This document shows, piece after piece, positions 13,286-24,885 of a stretch of 64,000 nt of DNA. Under the pieces are notes generated by a model. That model had not been told where the DNA came from, made no database searches, and was given only the letters and a program-made list of their open reading frames with translations. How positions within the stretch are numbered: the stretch's first letter is position 1; every line of letters starts with the position of its first letter. Source of the stretch: Candidatus Eiseniibacteriota bacterium (GTDB lineage Bacteria > Eisenbacteria > RBG-16-71-46 > CAVPCR01); NCBI GenBank assembly GCA_963702435.1, contig CAVPCR010000002.1:96001-160000 (forward strand), given 5' to 3'. The translations under genes and the position numbers were made by a program.

Positions 13286-14399
13286 TTAGCGTCTCCAGCC
13301 GAGGACGCGATGCACCGGATGCTTCCCCAAGATGTTCTTCACGTCTTCGAGGATCTCCCCCTCGCCCAGCAGTAGATCGTCCTTCATTAGCTCCGAGGTG
13401 GTCGAAGAAATCAGTATGTCCCCTGCTTTCGCCACCTCGACGAGCCGGTGCGCTGAAGTTCACTGCCTCCCAGGGCGGTGAACTCCGAGCGTCTCGCCGC
13501 GCCGACGTCGCCGACCAGTGCTTCGCCGGTGTGTATTCCGCAGCCCAGCCCGATATCTACTTCTCTCGGCTCTACCAGTCTCCACTGGCGCATCCACTTC
13601 AACTTCACGGGCTCGAAGTTGTCTCGATTCGCGCAGGCAGCTCGGAGAGCACGCTCGGCGCCATGTCGCCCTTCCCCCGAGTTGTCCTCCTCCCGGATTC
13701 CGAAGAGCGCCATGATCTCGTCGCCGAGGAACTTGTCGACGACCCCGTCGTGTTCAAAGATGGCTTCGACAACAACGTCGGAAGTAGTCCCGAACGAATC
13801 GAGCAATCGCATCCGGGTGGGCTTTCATTGCATCGTATAACTCCGAGAATCGCCGGACGTCCCAGAAGCAGATAGTGACCTTCCTCTTCCGAAGCACGAG
13901 CAGCTCCGGCTTGTTCATGGCCATCTCGAAGATGTGGCCGTCGAAGTAGCGCTTCAATTGGGTCGCCCGCTCCTTCGCTTCAATCGCCTGCCGCCATCGC
14001 AGTGCGGCCTCAGCCTTGACTAGCAGTTCTTCGGCGATACGATGCCTGGGGTTGTCTTTGGAATGCAGTCAAAGGCACCCGACTGAATGCCTCGTAACGC
14101 AACATTCGCTTGTCGTGCTGGGTGTAGAGAATCACCGGCACGAATGGATCGTCCTCCCGAACCTGCTTTAGGACGGTCATGCCGCCGGGTTCCGTGTTTG
14201 AATCGACCTCTTCACTGGGCAGGAGGCACAGGTCGCAAATGACCACGTCCGGGTGGTGCTCACCTACAGCGGCCATCGCCGTCTTCGCGTCTCGAGCCGT
14301 GTTCACCTTCCATCCGACCGCGCTTCTTTCCAGAGACTGCTTGTAGGTTTCGAGATTCTCCTGATCGTCATCGACCAACAGCAAAGAAGGATTCGTCAT
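13286..14399 (-). CDS. Response-regulator receiver fused to a class III nucleotide (adenylate/guanylate) cyclase (indels)
   Basis: REC: LLVDDD, PDVVICDL, VILYT. Cyclase: VTICFWDVRRFS, VDKFLGDEIMALFG, CGIHTGEALVGDVG, EFTALG..VN. Confidence 0.85.
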
Positions 14400-14406
14400 C
14401 TCGTCC

Positions 14407-17400
14407 TCAGACTGAGGGTTCTGTGCCCACCAGGTACATCTCGAACACGGCGCCGCTGCCAGGGCTTCCCGTCTCACGCACAGCGCCGCCGTGAGCCTTG
14501 ATGACCCACCTCAAGCGCGTCAGGCCAATGCCGCTGCTGCCGGCGCGCGTGGAGTAGAACGGGAGAAAGATCTTCCCCTTCTGATCCTCTGCTACGCCGG
14601 GGCCATCGTCCGCCACGCGCCACAAGACGTATTGCCGCGAGGGGTTCAGCTCGAGCGGCAAGGTCCTCGTGTCGGGCACGGTCATCGACACGAATGCTGT
14701 TCTGTTCTCGGCGATGCAGAAGTGCGCGGAGTTCCTCGCGAGCTCAACCGCGCATTCGTTGATCCGGCGCTCGTCCGCCAGTACGTGTCCCGCCGCCGCC
14801 TGGTCGTCCCACTCGACATCAAAACCCTCGGCGCGGAAGGCTGAGGTGAAGAGCGCGCCGATCCGGGATGTGGGTACCGCCTTCGTTTGCACATCTCTCG
14901 TCTCCCGCAGCTGCCGCAGTTCTTCGAGATTGCTCTTCATGCTCTCGATCTGCCGCTGCATGAAATCGAGGATAGGCAGGGCATCCCGCGGCGAACTCTC
15001 GAGGGAACGGCGAAGCTCCAGCATCCGCGCCTCCAGCCGCTGCACCGGCTCGCCAAAGCGATGGAGCGGTAGACCCGCGAGCCGGGTCAGCAGTTGTTCT
15101 CGGGCCTTCCTCACCTCGACGGCAATTGCGGTGGTCGTCGCGAAGGCGGAAAGCGCTTCTTGCGTCTCCGGTGAGATTGGTGCACGCGTGAACTTGTTGT
15201 CTGCGATCAGCAACCCGATGACTCGCCCACCCAAGGACAGCGGAGCGACTGCGACCGGACTGGTGGGCTCCAGGGTGTCGAACAGCTCCACGGGCAAGTT
15301 CGAGAAGTGGTCCGCCGACAGGACGATCGGGGCATTCCGACCGAGGAGCTCGCGGGCGGATGCTGAGGCTTGGAGGACGATCCGGACATTGCCAATGCGA
15401 AGCCCGACGGGTGTGGGTTCGAGCTGCCCGGCGTGGAGGTGCTTGAGATACTCATCGAAGTTCTCGAGTCCTCTGGACTTGTGACGATCCCAGGCCTCCT
15501 CGGCGGAGGTCTGATCGATGAACCCGATGCCCAGCCTTCCCTCCAGGACCTCGTTGCGATCGTCCACCAGCAGGATGGCGGAGCGGTTGAATCCCAGGCC
15601 GTACCCCGCCGAGACGCCGGTGAGCACCGCGTGGAGGATGACCTCCAGCTCCTCGGAACTCTGAGTGAAGTCGCTGATCTTCTGCAGCACGTGGAGGGCG
15701 TGGATCACTCGGCTCTCGGAGGTGACCAGGCGTCCGGTTCGGATCGACAGGGACATGTGCGTCGCCAGTCGGCTCAGGCATTCCCTCGCCAGGTCCTCGT
15801 CGATGTCGAGGTCATTCCGACCGCACGCGACGAGCACACCCGCCCTCTCCCCCGCGTGGGTCACGGGCACTGCGACCGCCTGAACCTCCGGGCCGTCAGG
15901 CTCGAATTCACCCCCGCCTTCACGGCAACAGGTCCCGGTCCTCGCGGCCGTCTCTCCGGGCTTTGCGAACCGGGTCAGCAACTCGTCTGTGCCGTGCACT
16001 TGAGCCAGAGCACATCCCCCGACTCCACGGCGCCGCGCCAGCTCGCCCGCACGAGATCGCTCGCAGTCGATCGGGAGTAGTACTGGGCGCAACGGTATCC
16101 GAGCACTGAGACCGCAACGTTGACCAGTTCCTGCTCCAGAGCTGAGAGCGCCTTCTGCCGGGCGGAGCTGGTGAGTTGCGTCGTCGAGCTTCGCGTACAA
16201 TTCTGCGCGCCGTGTCTCCTTCTGATGCATGTCCCGAAGTTGGTGAATGGTATCGGCGCTAGCGATGGCGACACGCACGGAATCAGCGAACATCTGAAGT
16301 ACGAATTCGTCGCCGCGGGTGAAGTGGTATCCCGATTCGGGACCGTTCGGTCCGCGCTTGTTGTCCGCGCGGATCAGCCCCTGGAGCCGGTTCTCTCCTT
16401 GCTCGATGGAGATCAGCGGCACGGCCAGGAGCGAATAGCAGGCACCCGATGGCGTATGCGACGCCCCCTTGCGATTCACCGCGAAGTGCTCCGTCAGCGC
16501 GGGACCGTAGAGATTCACGGGTCGCCCATCGAACGCGATGTGGCCTGTCAGCCCCGATTTGCGTCCCGAACACACAGCGAGCTGGGTTCCGAGCTCGAAC
16601 ATCCCTTCCTTGTGCCCCCAGCTGGCCTCGAGCGACAGGAATCCCGGTCGTCTGACCAGAAAGATGCCTGCCGTCTCCGCCTGGAGGATCGTCGCCGTGT
16701 ACTGCGCGATCAGTCCCAAGCGGTCACTCAGATCACTCCGATGGAGGTCGGTCATCAGTTTGGTCGTGAAGACTGAGATATTCTCGAGTCGCTTGAGCCT
16801 CTCCACGTCTCTCGTCAGCAGCTCATCGGTGCCGAGGGCCACGGCCGCCTGATCGGCGAAGAGGCTCAGGAGTTGTGCATCCTGTTTCGTGAACTCCCGT
16901 CCGACCTTATCGTCCACGTAGAGCACGCCCAGCGTGCGCATCCTCCACCTGAGAAGCACTTCGATGACCGCACCGAACGCTCGGTTGCCCTGGTAGATGG
17001 CCGCCCTATCGGGCCAGGCGTTGTAGTCGTTCACGATCATGAAAGGATCGCCGGAGCACACCAGCCGGCCGGCCATGCCCTCGCCGAGCTTCAGGGTCTT
17101 GTCGTAGTGGTCGGGGCGATTGAAGTCGACGGTGACGCGGAGATCGCGCCGTTGGCGATTGTACTCGTTAGATTCCGCCGCTCTGGGCCCCGAGGAGCCG
17201 CACCGCCTGCTCGACGATCCTCCTGAGGAGTGTCGTCCGGTCGAATTCGGTCGCGAAGGACAGGCTGGTTTGCCGCAGAAGCTCCAGTTGCGTGGCGCTG
17301 AGCGCCGCCGCGGGCGGCAGCTGCCTGGGCGCACGTTCCGTCCAGCGACTTAGCAGTTGCGCGTCCACGGAACTCACGTTCGTGAAGGCAATGCCAGCGC

Positions 17401-17656
17401 GATTTCCCTTGGACTCACCGGAAGTCCACACGATCTTGCCGGTCAGTGACACGTCCGAGTCCGGCATGTGAAGCGTGAGGCCGAGCGAATCAGAATGGGT
17501 GAGCGTTGGGGTGTCGGCCAGCCCGATCCCACCCAGGCTGAGGTCCGCCACTTGCGCCCTCGCGCTGATCAGGTTCTGGGAATCATACAAATCCACGAGG
17601 AACCGGTGCTCCGGGCGCTTCTCCTCGCGTCGACAGTGAGTCCGTTTCTCGTCCAT
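14407..17656 (-). CDS. PilZ - multi-GAF sensor histidine kinase (indels)
   Basis: N-terminal KRPEHR and DLSLGG PilZ motifs; several GAF segments (GEGMAG, LLAVPL, FTKQDAQLLSLFADQAAVA); putative H-box LHRFGEP; ELARNS, VADDGPG, FLPFYST, GIGL. Confidence 0.83.
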
Positions 17657-17835
17657 TATCGGCCTCGGGAGAGACTCGCACGTAATGATGTCTTCGGCCG
17701 GACGGAGTGCTGCCGCAGGCTGCCGATTCACGACGGTGATGATGGACCGCTACTCACAAGTTTGCAAGAGCAGCCGCGGTGCGCCAGCTATTGACTCCGA
17801 TGCTCCCCCCCATGCCCACTCCCGACGCGGTCTGC

Positions 17836-18720
17836 GGGAATAGGAGTTCCTTTCCCCGCACCTAATCGAGCAGAGGAAGAGCTGACAGCAGGAGCGCGCC
17901 CGGAAGCCGGCGGTCGAGTCGGCATGGTGCGGTGACGCGCCGCCGGAGGGGGGGGTGGAGTGCCCGACGACCGCAGGAGGCCGCGGTGGGAGAAGCAGCG
18001 AGGTGGCGGCAGCAGGCCTCGAATCCGAGGCAGGCAGACCTTCCCGTTGCGCTGTCACCGATCACTGACGACGGCGTTCTCGATCTCGAGTCGGTCGGCG
18101 TGGCCTGTGCGGAGCCGAGCGGGTCGATGGCCGCCTGCGGGACGATCGGCCCGACATCCGCCCACGGCCCGGCGCGGGCGTCGTAGTGGACTCGGCGCAG
18201 GTGGCTGAGGATGACGTCGATCACCACCGGGTCGAGGAGGAAGGCGATGATCCGCAGCGGGCCCCTGCACCGCGGACAGGCGAGCGGGTCGACCTCGAAG
18301 ATGCGGCGGAGCAGCTCGGCCCATCGCCTCCTGAGCGCGGCGCGGGCCGGGGATGGTGTCGTCGGCGACGCGGCTGAGAACGCCGAGGAGGCGGGGGTCG
18401 CAGAGGAAGTAGGGCCGCAGGCGCTTGGGGATGGTGAAGACGTACTGGCGCGGGATTTACAGCAATGGCTCGCTGTCGAGCCACTCATACCTGATGGCCA
18501 GTCGCTTGGCGTGACATGAGGGACAGAAGTAACGGCACTTGCAGCTGAAGGCGACCAGGAACTCCGCCGCGCACTCCTGGCACCGGACCCCGGGCGAGTC
18601 CAGACGGTCCGCTTGAGGAACTTCTCGACCACCTCGCGTACAACCGGCCGCCAGGGGCCGTAGCGGTGCTCGAAGCGCCCCTCGTAGGTCCCGGCCACTT
18701 CCTCGAGTGATCCTGTAAGA
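17836..18720 (-). mobile_element. IS91-like transposase remnant (N-terminal Zn-binding and C-terminal parts, middle deleted) with putative oriIS-like end
   Basis: RCQECAAEFLVAFSCKCRYFCPSC, RQYVFTIPKRLR, WAELLRRIFEVDPLACPRC; downstream GGAACTCCTATTCCC resembles the IS91 oriIS AATTCCTAT. Confidence 0.83.
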
Positions 18721-18965
18721 AAGGCGGTAAGGCGACGAGGACTGGGGACGGCGCGGCCGGTAGATGCCCACCGGGGAGCCGGTGCCGGGCAGACCGCTGC
18801 CGTGCGCGCAGGCTGGTGGGTCAGTTCCGGCAGGGGATGCAACCACGCCCCGGGAACGGAATCACGATCGGCGCCAGGGGGCCTCGGCGGCGCCAGGAGC
18901 GGGGTTCTACGATCGGCGGTCGGTCCCGAATGCCAACGCGGCTCACGGACGTGACACCGGCGAGA

Positions 18966-19140
18966 TCAGAGACCTGGGAGCGCGGTGACCTGGTCCTTAC
19001 GAGCGCCACCGGCCGCTCCCAGGAGGAGCGGCCGGTGGCGCTCGGCGAACTTGCGCATCTGGCACACGGCGCTCGGCGGCCGCGCCATGATCCGTTTCGG
19101 GCTCAAGTAGCGCTCGAGGTCGGCGGCGAACGCCGCGGTG
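18966..19140 (-). pseudogene. Short remnant of a Ser/Thr kinase post-catalytic segment
   Basis: STAAFAADLERYLSPKRIMARPPSAVCQMRKFAERHR resembles the motif 'ADL.R.L...PI.ARPPS..Y..RKF.RRHR' that follows many bacterial Hanks kinase domains. Confidence 0.6.
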
Positions 19141-19141
19141 C

Positions 19142-20057
19142 TTACGGCTCGCGCCCCGGCGTCGCGCACTGCCCGAGGAGCCAGTCGCGGAACAGCGACG
19201 ACGCGCTGGCTGTCGGCTTTGCGCTCGGGGTAGACCAGGTAGTACGCGTACTCGCTCGTGACCGGGCGGTCGATGGCGACGACGAGCCGGCCGCTCGCGA
19301 GTTCCTCCTGGATCAGGAAGCTGGGGCAGGAGCGCCAAGCCCACGCCGGCGATGGCGGCCTGGATGACCATGTGGAACTGCTCGAAGCGCGGGCCCACGC
19401 GGCCGTCGAGGTTGCTCCACCCCGCAGGCGCGCAGCCACTCCTGCCAGGCCTGCGGGCGCGTCACGTGCTGCAGCAGCGTGAAGCGCCCCACGTCTTCCG
19501 GCCGCGCGACGGGCGGCCTGCCGGCGAGGAGCGACGGCGCGGCCACCGGCACGACGACCTCCCCCATCAGCCGGTGGCAGACCGCCCCCGGCCATACCTC
19601 GCTCCCGAAGTGGATCGCGGCGTCGATGTCGCTCCCGGCGAAGTCGAACGGCCTCACCTGGGTCACGAGGTCGAGCTGGATGTCGGGGTGCCGGGCCGTG
19701 AAGTCGCCGAGCCGGGGGACAGCCACCGCGACCCGAAGGTCGGCAGCAGGGCGACGGTGAGCACCCCCCCTCCGCCGCCATAGGCCATCACTTGCAGGGT
19801 GGCGGCCTCGGCCTGGTCGAGGAGGTCCCGCACCGCGACGGAGTAGGCCTCCCCGGGCTCCGTCAGGACGAGGCGCTGCTTGACCCGCCGGAAGAGCGGC
19901 CGCCCGACGTACTCCTCCAGCTGCCGGATCTGGCGGCTGACCGCGCTCTGGGTCACGTTCAGCTCGCGGGCCGCCCGGGTGAAGCTCATGTGGCGCACCG
20001 CGGCGTCGAAGAACTGGAGGGCGGTCAGGGATGGGAGGATGCGCTCGCGTAGGTCAT
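19142..20057 (-). CDS. LysR-family transcriptional regulator (GcvA-like), divergent from the following operon; indels, start approximate
   Basis: LPSLTALQFFDAAVRHMSFTRAARELNVTQSAVSRQIRQLEE HTH; LPTFGSRWL; FEQFHMVIQAA. Confidence 0.93.
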
Positions 20058-20291
20058 GACTTCTTGGAATGAACTCCTGCGAAAACATCGTTTGCGGCCA
20101 GACCCGATCTATAGCGGCATAATTCAGCTGACGTGCAAAGTAGATCGGCAGAGGCGAGGATTCAGAGCGGCCGCGAAGCCGACGGGCCACAGTTCATTCC
20201 TGAACAGCATGCGGTGCGGCTCGACAGCCCCGGAGGCAGGCGTCGCCCTGGCAGGCGCGCGCCTGGCCAGCGAACCCGAGACGGAGGATCC

Positions 20292-21415
20292 ATGAGCAAG
20301 TACAAGAGTCGCGTGGTTGCCCGGTGACGGCGTCGGTATCGAGGTCATGGAGGCGACCAAGATCTGCCTCGACGCTCTCAAGTTCGACGCGACCTACACC
20401 CATGGCGACATCGGCTGGGAGTTCTGGTGCAAGGAAGGCGACGCCTTCCCCGAGCGCACCATCGAGCTCCTGAAGAACTCCGACGCGGCGCTCTTCGGCG
20501 CCATCACCTCCAAGCCGGTGAAGGACGCGGAGCGCGAACTCGTCCCCGAGCTGCAGGGCAAGGGGCTCGTCTACCGCAGCCCCATCGTGCGCATGCGCCA
20601 GCTCTTCGACCTCTACACCTGCCTGCGGCCCTGCAAGGCCTACCCGGGCAACCCGCTCAACTACAAAGAGGGCATCGACCTCGTGGTGTTCCGCGAGAAC
20701 ACCGAGGACCTCTACGCCGGCGTCGAGTTCAGCCCGGTCCCCGACGAGCTCGAGGCCGTGCTCACGCAAGCTCAGCAAGCCGTTCGCCCACTTCGCCAAG
20801 CTGCCCGGCAGCGACTACGCGATCACCTGCAAGATCAACAGCAAGGACGGCTGCGAGCGGATCATCCGCGCCGCCTTCGAGTACGCCAAGAAGTTCAACT
20901 ACCCGAAGGTCACCGATCATCCACAAGGCGAACGTGGTGCGGGCGACCGAAGGGCTGTTCCTGGAGACCGGGCAAGCGCATCGCCAAGGACTACCCGGGG
21001 ATCCAGATGGACGACGCCAACATCGACGCCATCTGCATGTGGCTGCTCAAGAACCCCAAGAGCTACCACGTGCTCGTGGCCACCAACATGTTCGGCGACA
21101 TCGTCAGCGACCTCGCCGCCCAGATGGTCGGCGGGCTCGGCTTCGGCTGCTCCGGCAACATCGGCGAGAAGCTCGCCGTGTTCGAGCCGACCCACGGCAG
21201 CGCGCCGAAGTACGCCGGCCAGTACAAGGTGAATCCGATCGCCACCATCCTCGCCGGCAAGATGATGCTCGACTGGCTCGGCGAGAAGGAGAAGGGCGCG
21301 CGGCTCGAGAAGGCCGACGGCGCAGGTCATCGCCGAGGGCAAGGTGCGCACCTACGACATGGGCGGCAGCGCCACGACGCTCGAGATGGGCGAGGCGATC
21401 GCCCGCAAGCTGTAG
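20292..21415 (+). CDS. Isocitrate/isopropylmalate dehydrogenase family protein (LeuB-like; indels)
   Basis: LPGDGVGIEV, FRENTEDLY, HKANV, NMFGDIVSDLAA, FEPTHGSAPKYAG. Confidence 0.92.
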
Positions 21416-21435
21416 ACTCCGGCAGGGAGCGAGCG

Positions 21436-22342
21436 ATGTCCGACATCATCATCCACGAGGTCGGTCCGCGGGACGGCCTGCAGGCCGAGAAGGCAGGTCG
21501 TCCCGACCGAGAAGAAGCTCGAGTGGATCCGCTCCCTGCGTGGCGCCGGGCGTCGACATCGTCCAGGTCGGCTCCTTCGTGCACCCGGAGAAGGTGCCGC
21601 AGATGGCCGACACGGATGCGCTCTTCCGCACCCTCAGCGCCGAAGCGCACGGCAAGACGGTCCTCTCCGGGCTCGTCCTGAACGAGAAGGGGCTCGAGCG
21701 CGGCCTCGCCTGCGGCGTCGAGATGTTCTGCCTGGGGGTCTCGGCCTCCGAGACCCACAGCACGAAGAACACCGGCATGGGCTCGCCGAGGAGGCGCAGC
21801 GCCGCATCATCGCCACCGCCAGGGCGGCGGTCGCCGCCGGCAAGAGGGTGCAGGTCTCGGTGCAGAGCGCCTTCGGCTGCGGCTTCGAGGGGCCGATCCC
21901 CGAGGAGCGGGTGCTCGAGCATCGTCCGCGCCTACCTCGACGCCGGGCTCGAGAACATCAGCCTCGCCGACACCGCCGGCCACGCCCATCCCCGAGCAGG
22001 TGCGGCGGCTGTTCGGCAGGATCCGCGACGCTCGGGCCCGACGTCCAGTGCACGTGCCACTTCCACGACACCTACGGGCTCGGCATGGCGAACATCTTCG
22101 CCGCGCTGGAGGCCGGGGTCACGAGCTTCGAGACCTCGTTCGCCGGCCTCGGCGGCTGCCCGTTCACGAAGGTGGCGGCCGGCAACGTCGCCACCGAGGA
22201 CCTGGTTCACGCGCTGCGGCGGCGCGGCTTGCGCCGCGACATCGATCTCGAGGCGCTCGTCGCCCTGGGCCGCGACGTGGCGGCGCACTTCGGCCGTGAG
22301 ATGCCGGGCCGCGTCTACAAGACCGGCTCGCTTTCCTACTGA
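21436..22342 (+). CDS. HMG-CoA lyase-like (DRE-TIM) acyl-CoA lyase (indels)
   Basis: EVGPRDGLQ, SFVHPEKVPQMAD, LADTAG, HFHDTYG, GLGGCPF, GNVATEDLV. Confidence 0.92.
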
Positions 22343-22360
22343 GGCAGGAGAGGGGTACCG

Positions 22361-23569
22361 ATGACGAACAAGCCGCGCATCCTCGACGGCATCAAGGTGC
22401 TCGATCTCACCAACGTGCTCTCCGGTCCGTTCGCCTCGCTCCACCTGGCGCTCCTGGGGGCCGAGGTGATCAAGATCGAGAACCCCAAGGACGGCGACCT
22501 GGCCCGCAAGCTGGGCATCGTCCCGGACTACAACAAGCAGCTCATGGGCACGAGCTTCCTGGCGCAGAACTGCAACAAGAAGTCGGTGACCCTCAACACC
22601 AAGAGCCCCGAGGGCAAGGAGATCTTCAAGCGGCTGGTGAAGGACGCCGACGTGGTGATCGAGAACTTCCGCCCCGGGCGTCATGGACCGGCTCGGGCTC
22701 GGCTACAAGGTGCTCCGCGAGATCAACCCGCAAGCTCGTCTACTGCGCCATCTCCGGCTTCGGGCAGACCGGGCCCGACGCCGACAAGCCGGCCTACGAC
22801 CAGATCATCCAGGGGCTCTCCGGCGAGATGGCGATCAACGGCGACGAGCGGTTGACACCGCTGCGCGCCGGCTTCCCGGTCTGCGACACGGTGGGCGGCC
22901 TGAACGCGGCGTTCGCCGTGATGGCCGCCCTCTACCACCGCCAGCGCACCGGCGAGGGGCAGTGCATCGACATCGCGCTCCTCGACTCGATCATGCCGCT
23001 CATGGGCTGGGTGGCGGCGAACCTGCTGATCGGCGGGCAGGAGCCGCCGGTCATGGGCAACGACAACTTCACGGCGGCGCCGAGCGGCACCTTCGACACC
23101 CAGGACGGCCACATCAACATCGCCGCCAACAAGCAGGAGCAGTGGGAGGCGGTCTGCGACGTCCTCGAGCTGCCGGAGCTGAAGACCGACCCGCGCTTCC
23201 AGGAGCGCGACACGCGCAAGAAGAACCGCAAGGCGCTGACCCCGCTGCTCGAGGCGCGGCTCGTCGCAGAAGCCGACGATGTACTGGGTCGAGGCCCTGA
23301 ACGCCAGGGACGTGCCGAGCGGCGAGATCCTGAGCCTGAAGCAGGCCCTGCGCCAGCCGCAGGTCGCGCACCGCGGCGTGCTGCAGAAGGTGAACGTGCC
23401 GCAGATCGGCGAGATCGAGGTGTTCGGGCTGACGGCGCTCTTCGACCGCACGGCAAGCCCGACGCCGGCGCCGCCGCCGGCGCTCGGCCAGCACAACGCG
23501 GAGATCTTCGGCCGCCTCGGCCTCGGCGAGGCCGAGCTCGCCGCCCTGAAGCAGAAGGCAGTGATCTGA
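22361..23569 (+). CDS. Family III CoA-transferase (CaiB/BaiF; indels)
   Basis: LDGIKVLDLT, GAEVIKIE, NKKSVTLN, ADVVIENFRPG, ISGFGQTGP, YDQIIQG. Confidence 0.93.
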
Positions 23570-23591
23570 ACCCGATCGACGAGGAGCAGCG

Positions 23592-24884
23592 ATGGGAATG
23601 ACAGTCGTCGAGAAGATCCTGGCGCGCGCGGCGGGCCAGAAGTCCGTCAAGGCCCTGGACGTCGTCGAGCCGCGGGTCGACCTCGCCATGTCGCACGAGA
23701 ACGCGGCGCTGGTGATCAACCAGTTCAAGGAGATCTACGAGGGCACGGGCCGCGAGCCCAAGCCCTGGGACCCGACCCGCATCGCCATCATCTTCGATCA
23801 CCGGGTGCCGGCCGAGGGGCCCAAGACCGCCACGAACCAGAAGCTCATCCGCGGCTTCGTGGCCCAGCACGGCATCGACAAGTTCCACGACATCCGCGGC
23901 GACCGCGGCGGCATCTGCCACCAGATCCTGCCGGAGTACGGCTACGTGCGGCCGGGCTGCGTCGTCGTCGGCACCGACAGCCACACCACGAGCCACGGCG
24001 CCCTGGGGGCCTTCGCCTTCGGCATCGGCGCCACCGAGATGGCGTCGGTGTGGACGCTCGGCGTCGCCCTCAACATCGAGGTGCCGCCGACCATCAAGGT
24101 GGTCGTGAACGGCCGCTTCGCCGAGCACGTGGGACCCAAGGACCTCATCCTGCACCTCATCGGCAAGCTGACGGCGCAGGGCGCCAACTTCCGCGTCCTC
24201 GAGTTCCACGGCGAGACGATCCGCGAGATGTCGACGAGCGGCCGGCTCGTCATCTGCAACATGAGCGTCGAGGCCGGCGCGACCGGCGGCATCGTTCCCG
24301 CCGACGACGAGACCGAGCACTACCTGCGGAGCGAGGCCGGGGTCACGGGACCCATCGAGCGCGTCCTGCCGGATCCGGACGCGGTCTACGAGAAGGTCGT
24401 CGAGATCGACGTGTCGCGCCTCGAGCCGCAGATCGCCTGCCCGCACACGGTGGACAACGTGAAGCCCATCGACGAGGTGGCCGGCAAGGCGGTCCAGCAG
24501 ATCGTCATCGGCAGCTGCACGAACGGCCGGCTCGACGACCTCGAGGTCGCGGCCCAGATCCTCAAGGGGCGCAAGGTGGCCGCGGGAACCCGCATGCTGG
24601 TCTTCCCGGCGTCGGCGCGGGTCTACGCCCAGGCGCTCGAAGCCGGCTACCTGCAGGACTTCATCCGGGCCGGCGCCGTGGTCATGAACCCCGGCTGCGG
24701 TCCCTGCCTGGGCGTGCACCAGGGCGCCCTGGGCGACGACGAGGTGGCGCTCGCCACCACCAACCGCAACTTCAAGGGGCGCATGGGCAATCCGAAGTCC
24801 GAGGTCTACCTGTGCAGCCCGGCCGTCGCCGCGGCCAGCGCCATCACCGGCGTCATCACCGATCCGCGCACGGGAGGGCATTGA
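23592..24884 (+). CDS. leuC: 3-isopropylmalate dehydratase/homoaconitase-family large subunit
   Basis: DHRVP, GICHQ, DSHTTSHGA, IGSCTNGR, CGPCLG, TNRNFKGRMG. Confidence 0.93.
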   Translation: MGMTVVEKILARAAGQKSVKALDVVEPRVDLAMSHENAALVINQFKEIYEGTGREPKPWDPTRIAIIFDHRVPAEGPKTATNQKLIRGFVAQHGIDKFHDIRGDRGGICHQILPEYGYVRPGCVVVGTDSHTTSHGALGAFAFGIGATEMASVWTLGVALNIEVPPTIKVVVNGRFAEHVGPKDLILHLIGKLTAQGANFRVLEFHGETIREMSTSGRLVICNMSVEAGATGGIVPADDETEHYLRSEAGVTGPIERVLPDPDAVYEKVVEIDVSRLEPQIACPHTVDNVKPIDEVAGKAVQQIVIGSCTNGRLDDLEVAAQILKGRKVAAGTRMLVFPASARVYAQALEAGYLQDFIRAGAVVMNPGCGPCLGVHQGALGDDEVALATTNRNFKGRMGNPKSEVYLCSPAVAAASAITGVITDPRTGGH

Positions 24885-24885
24885 C

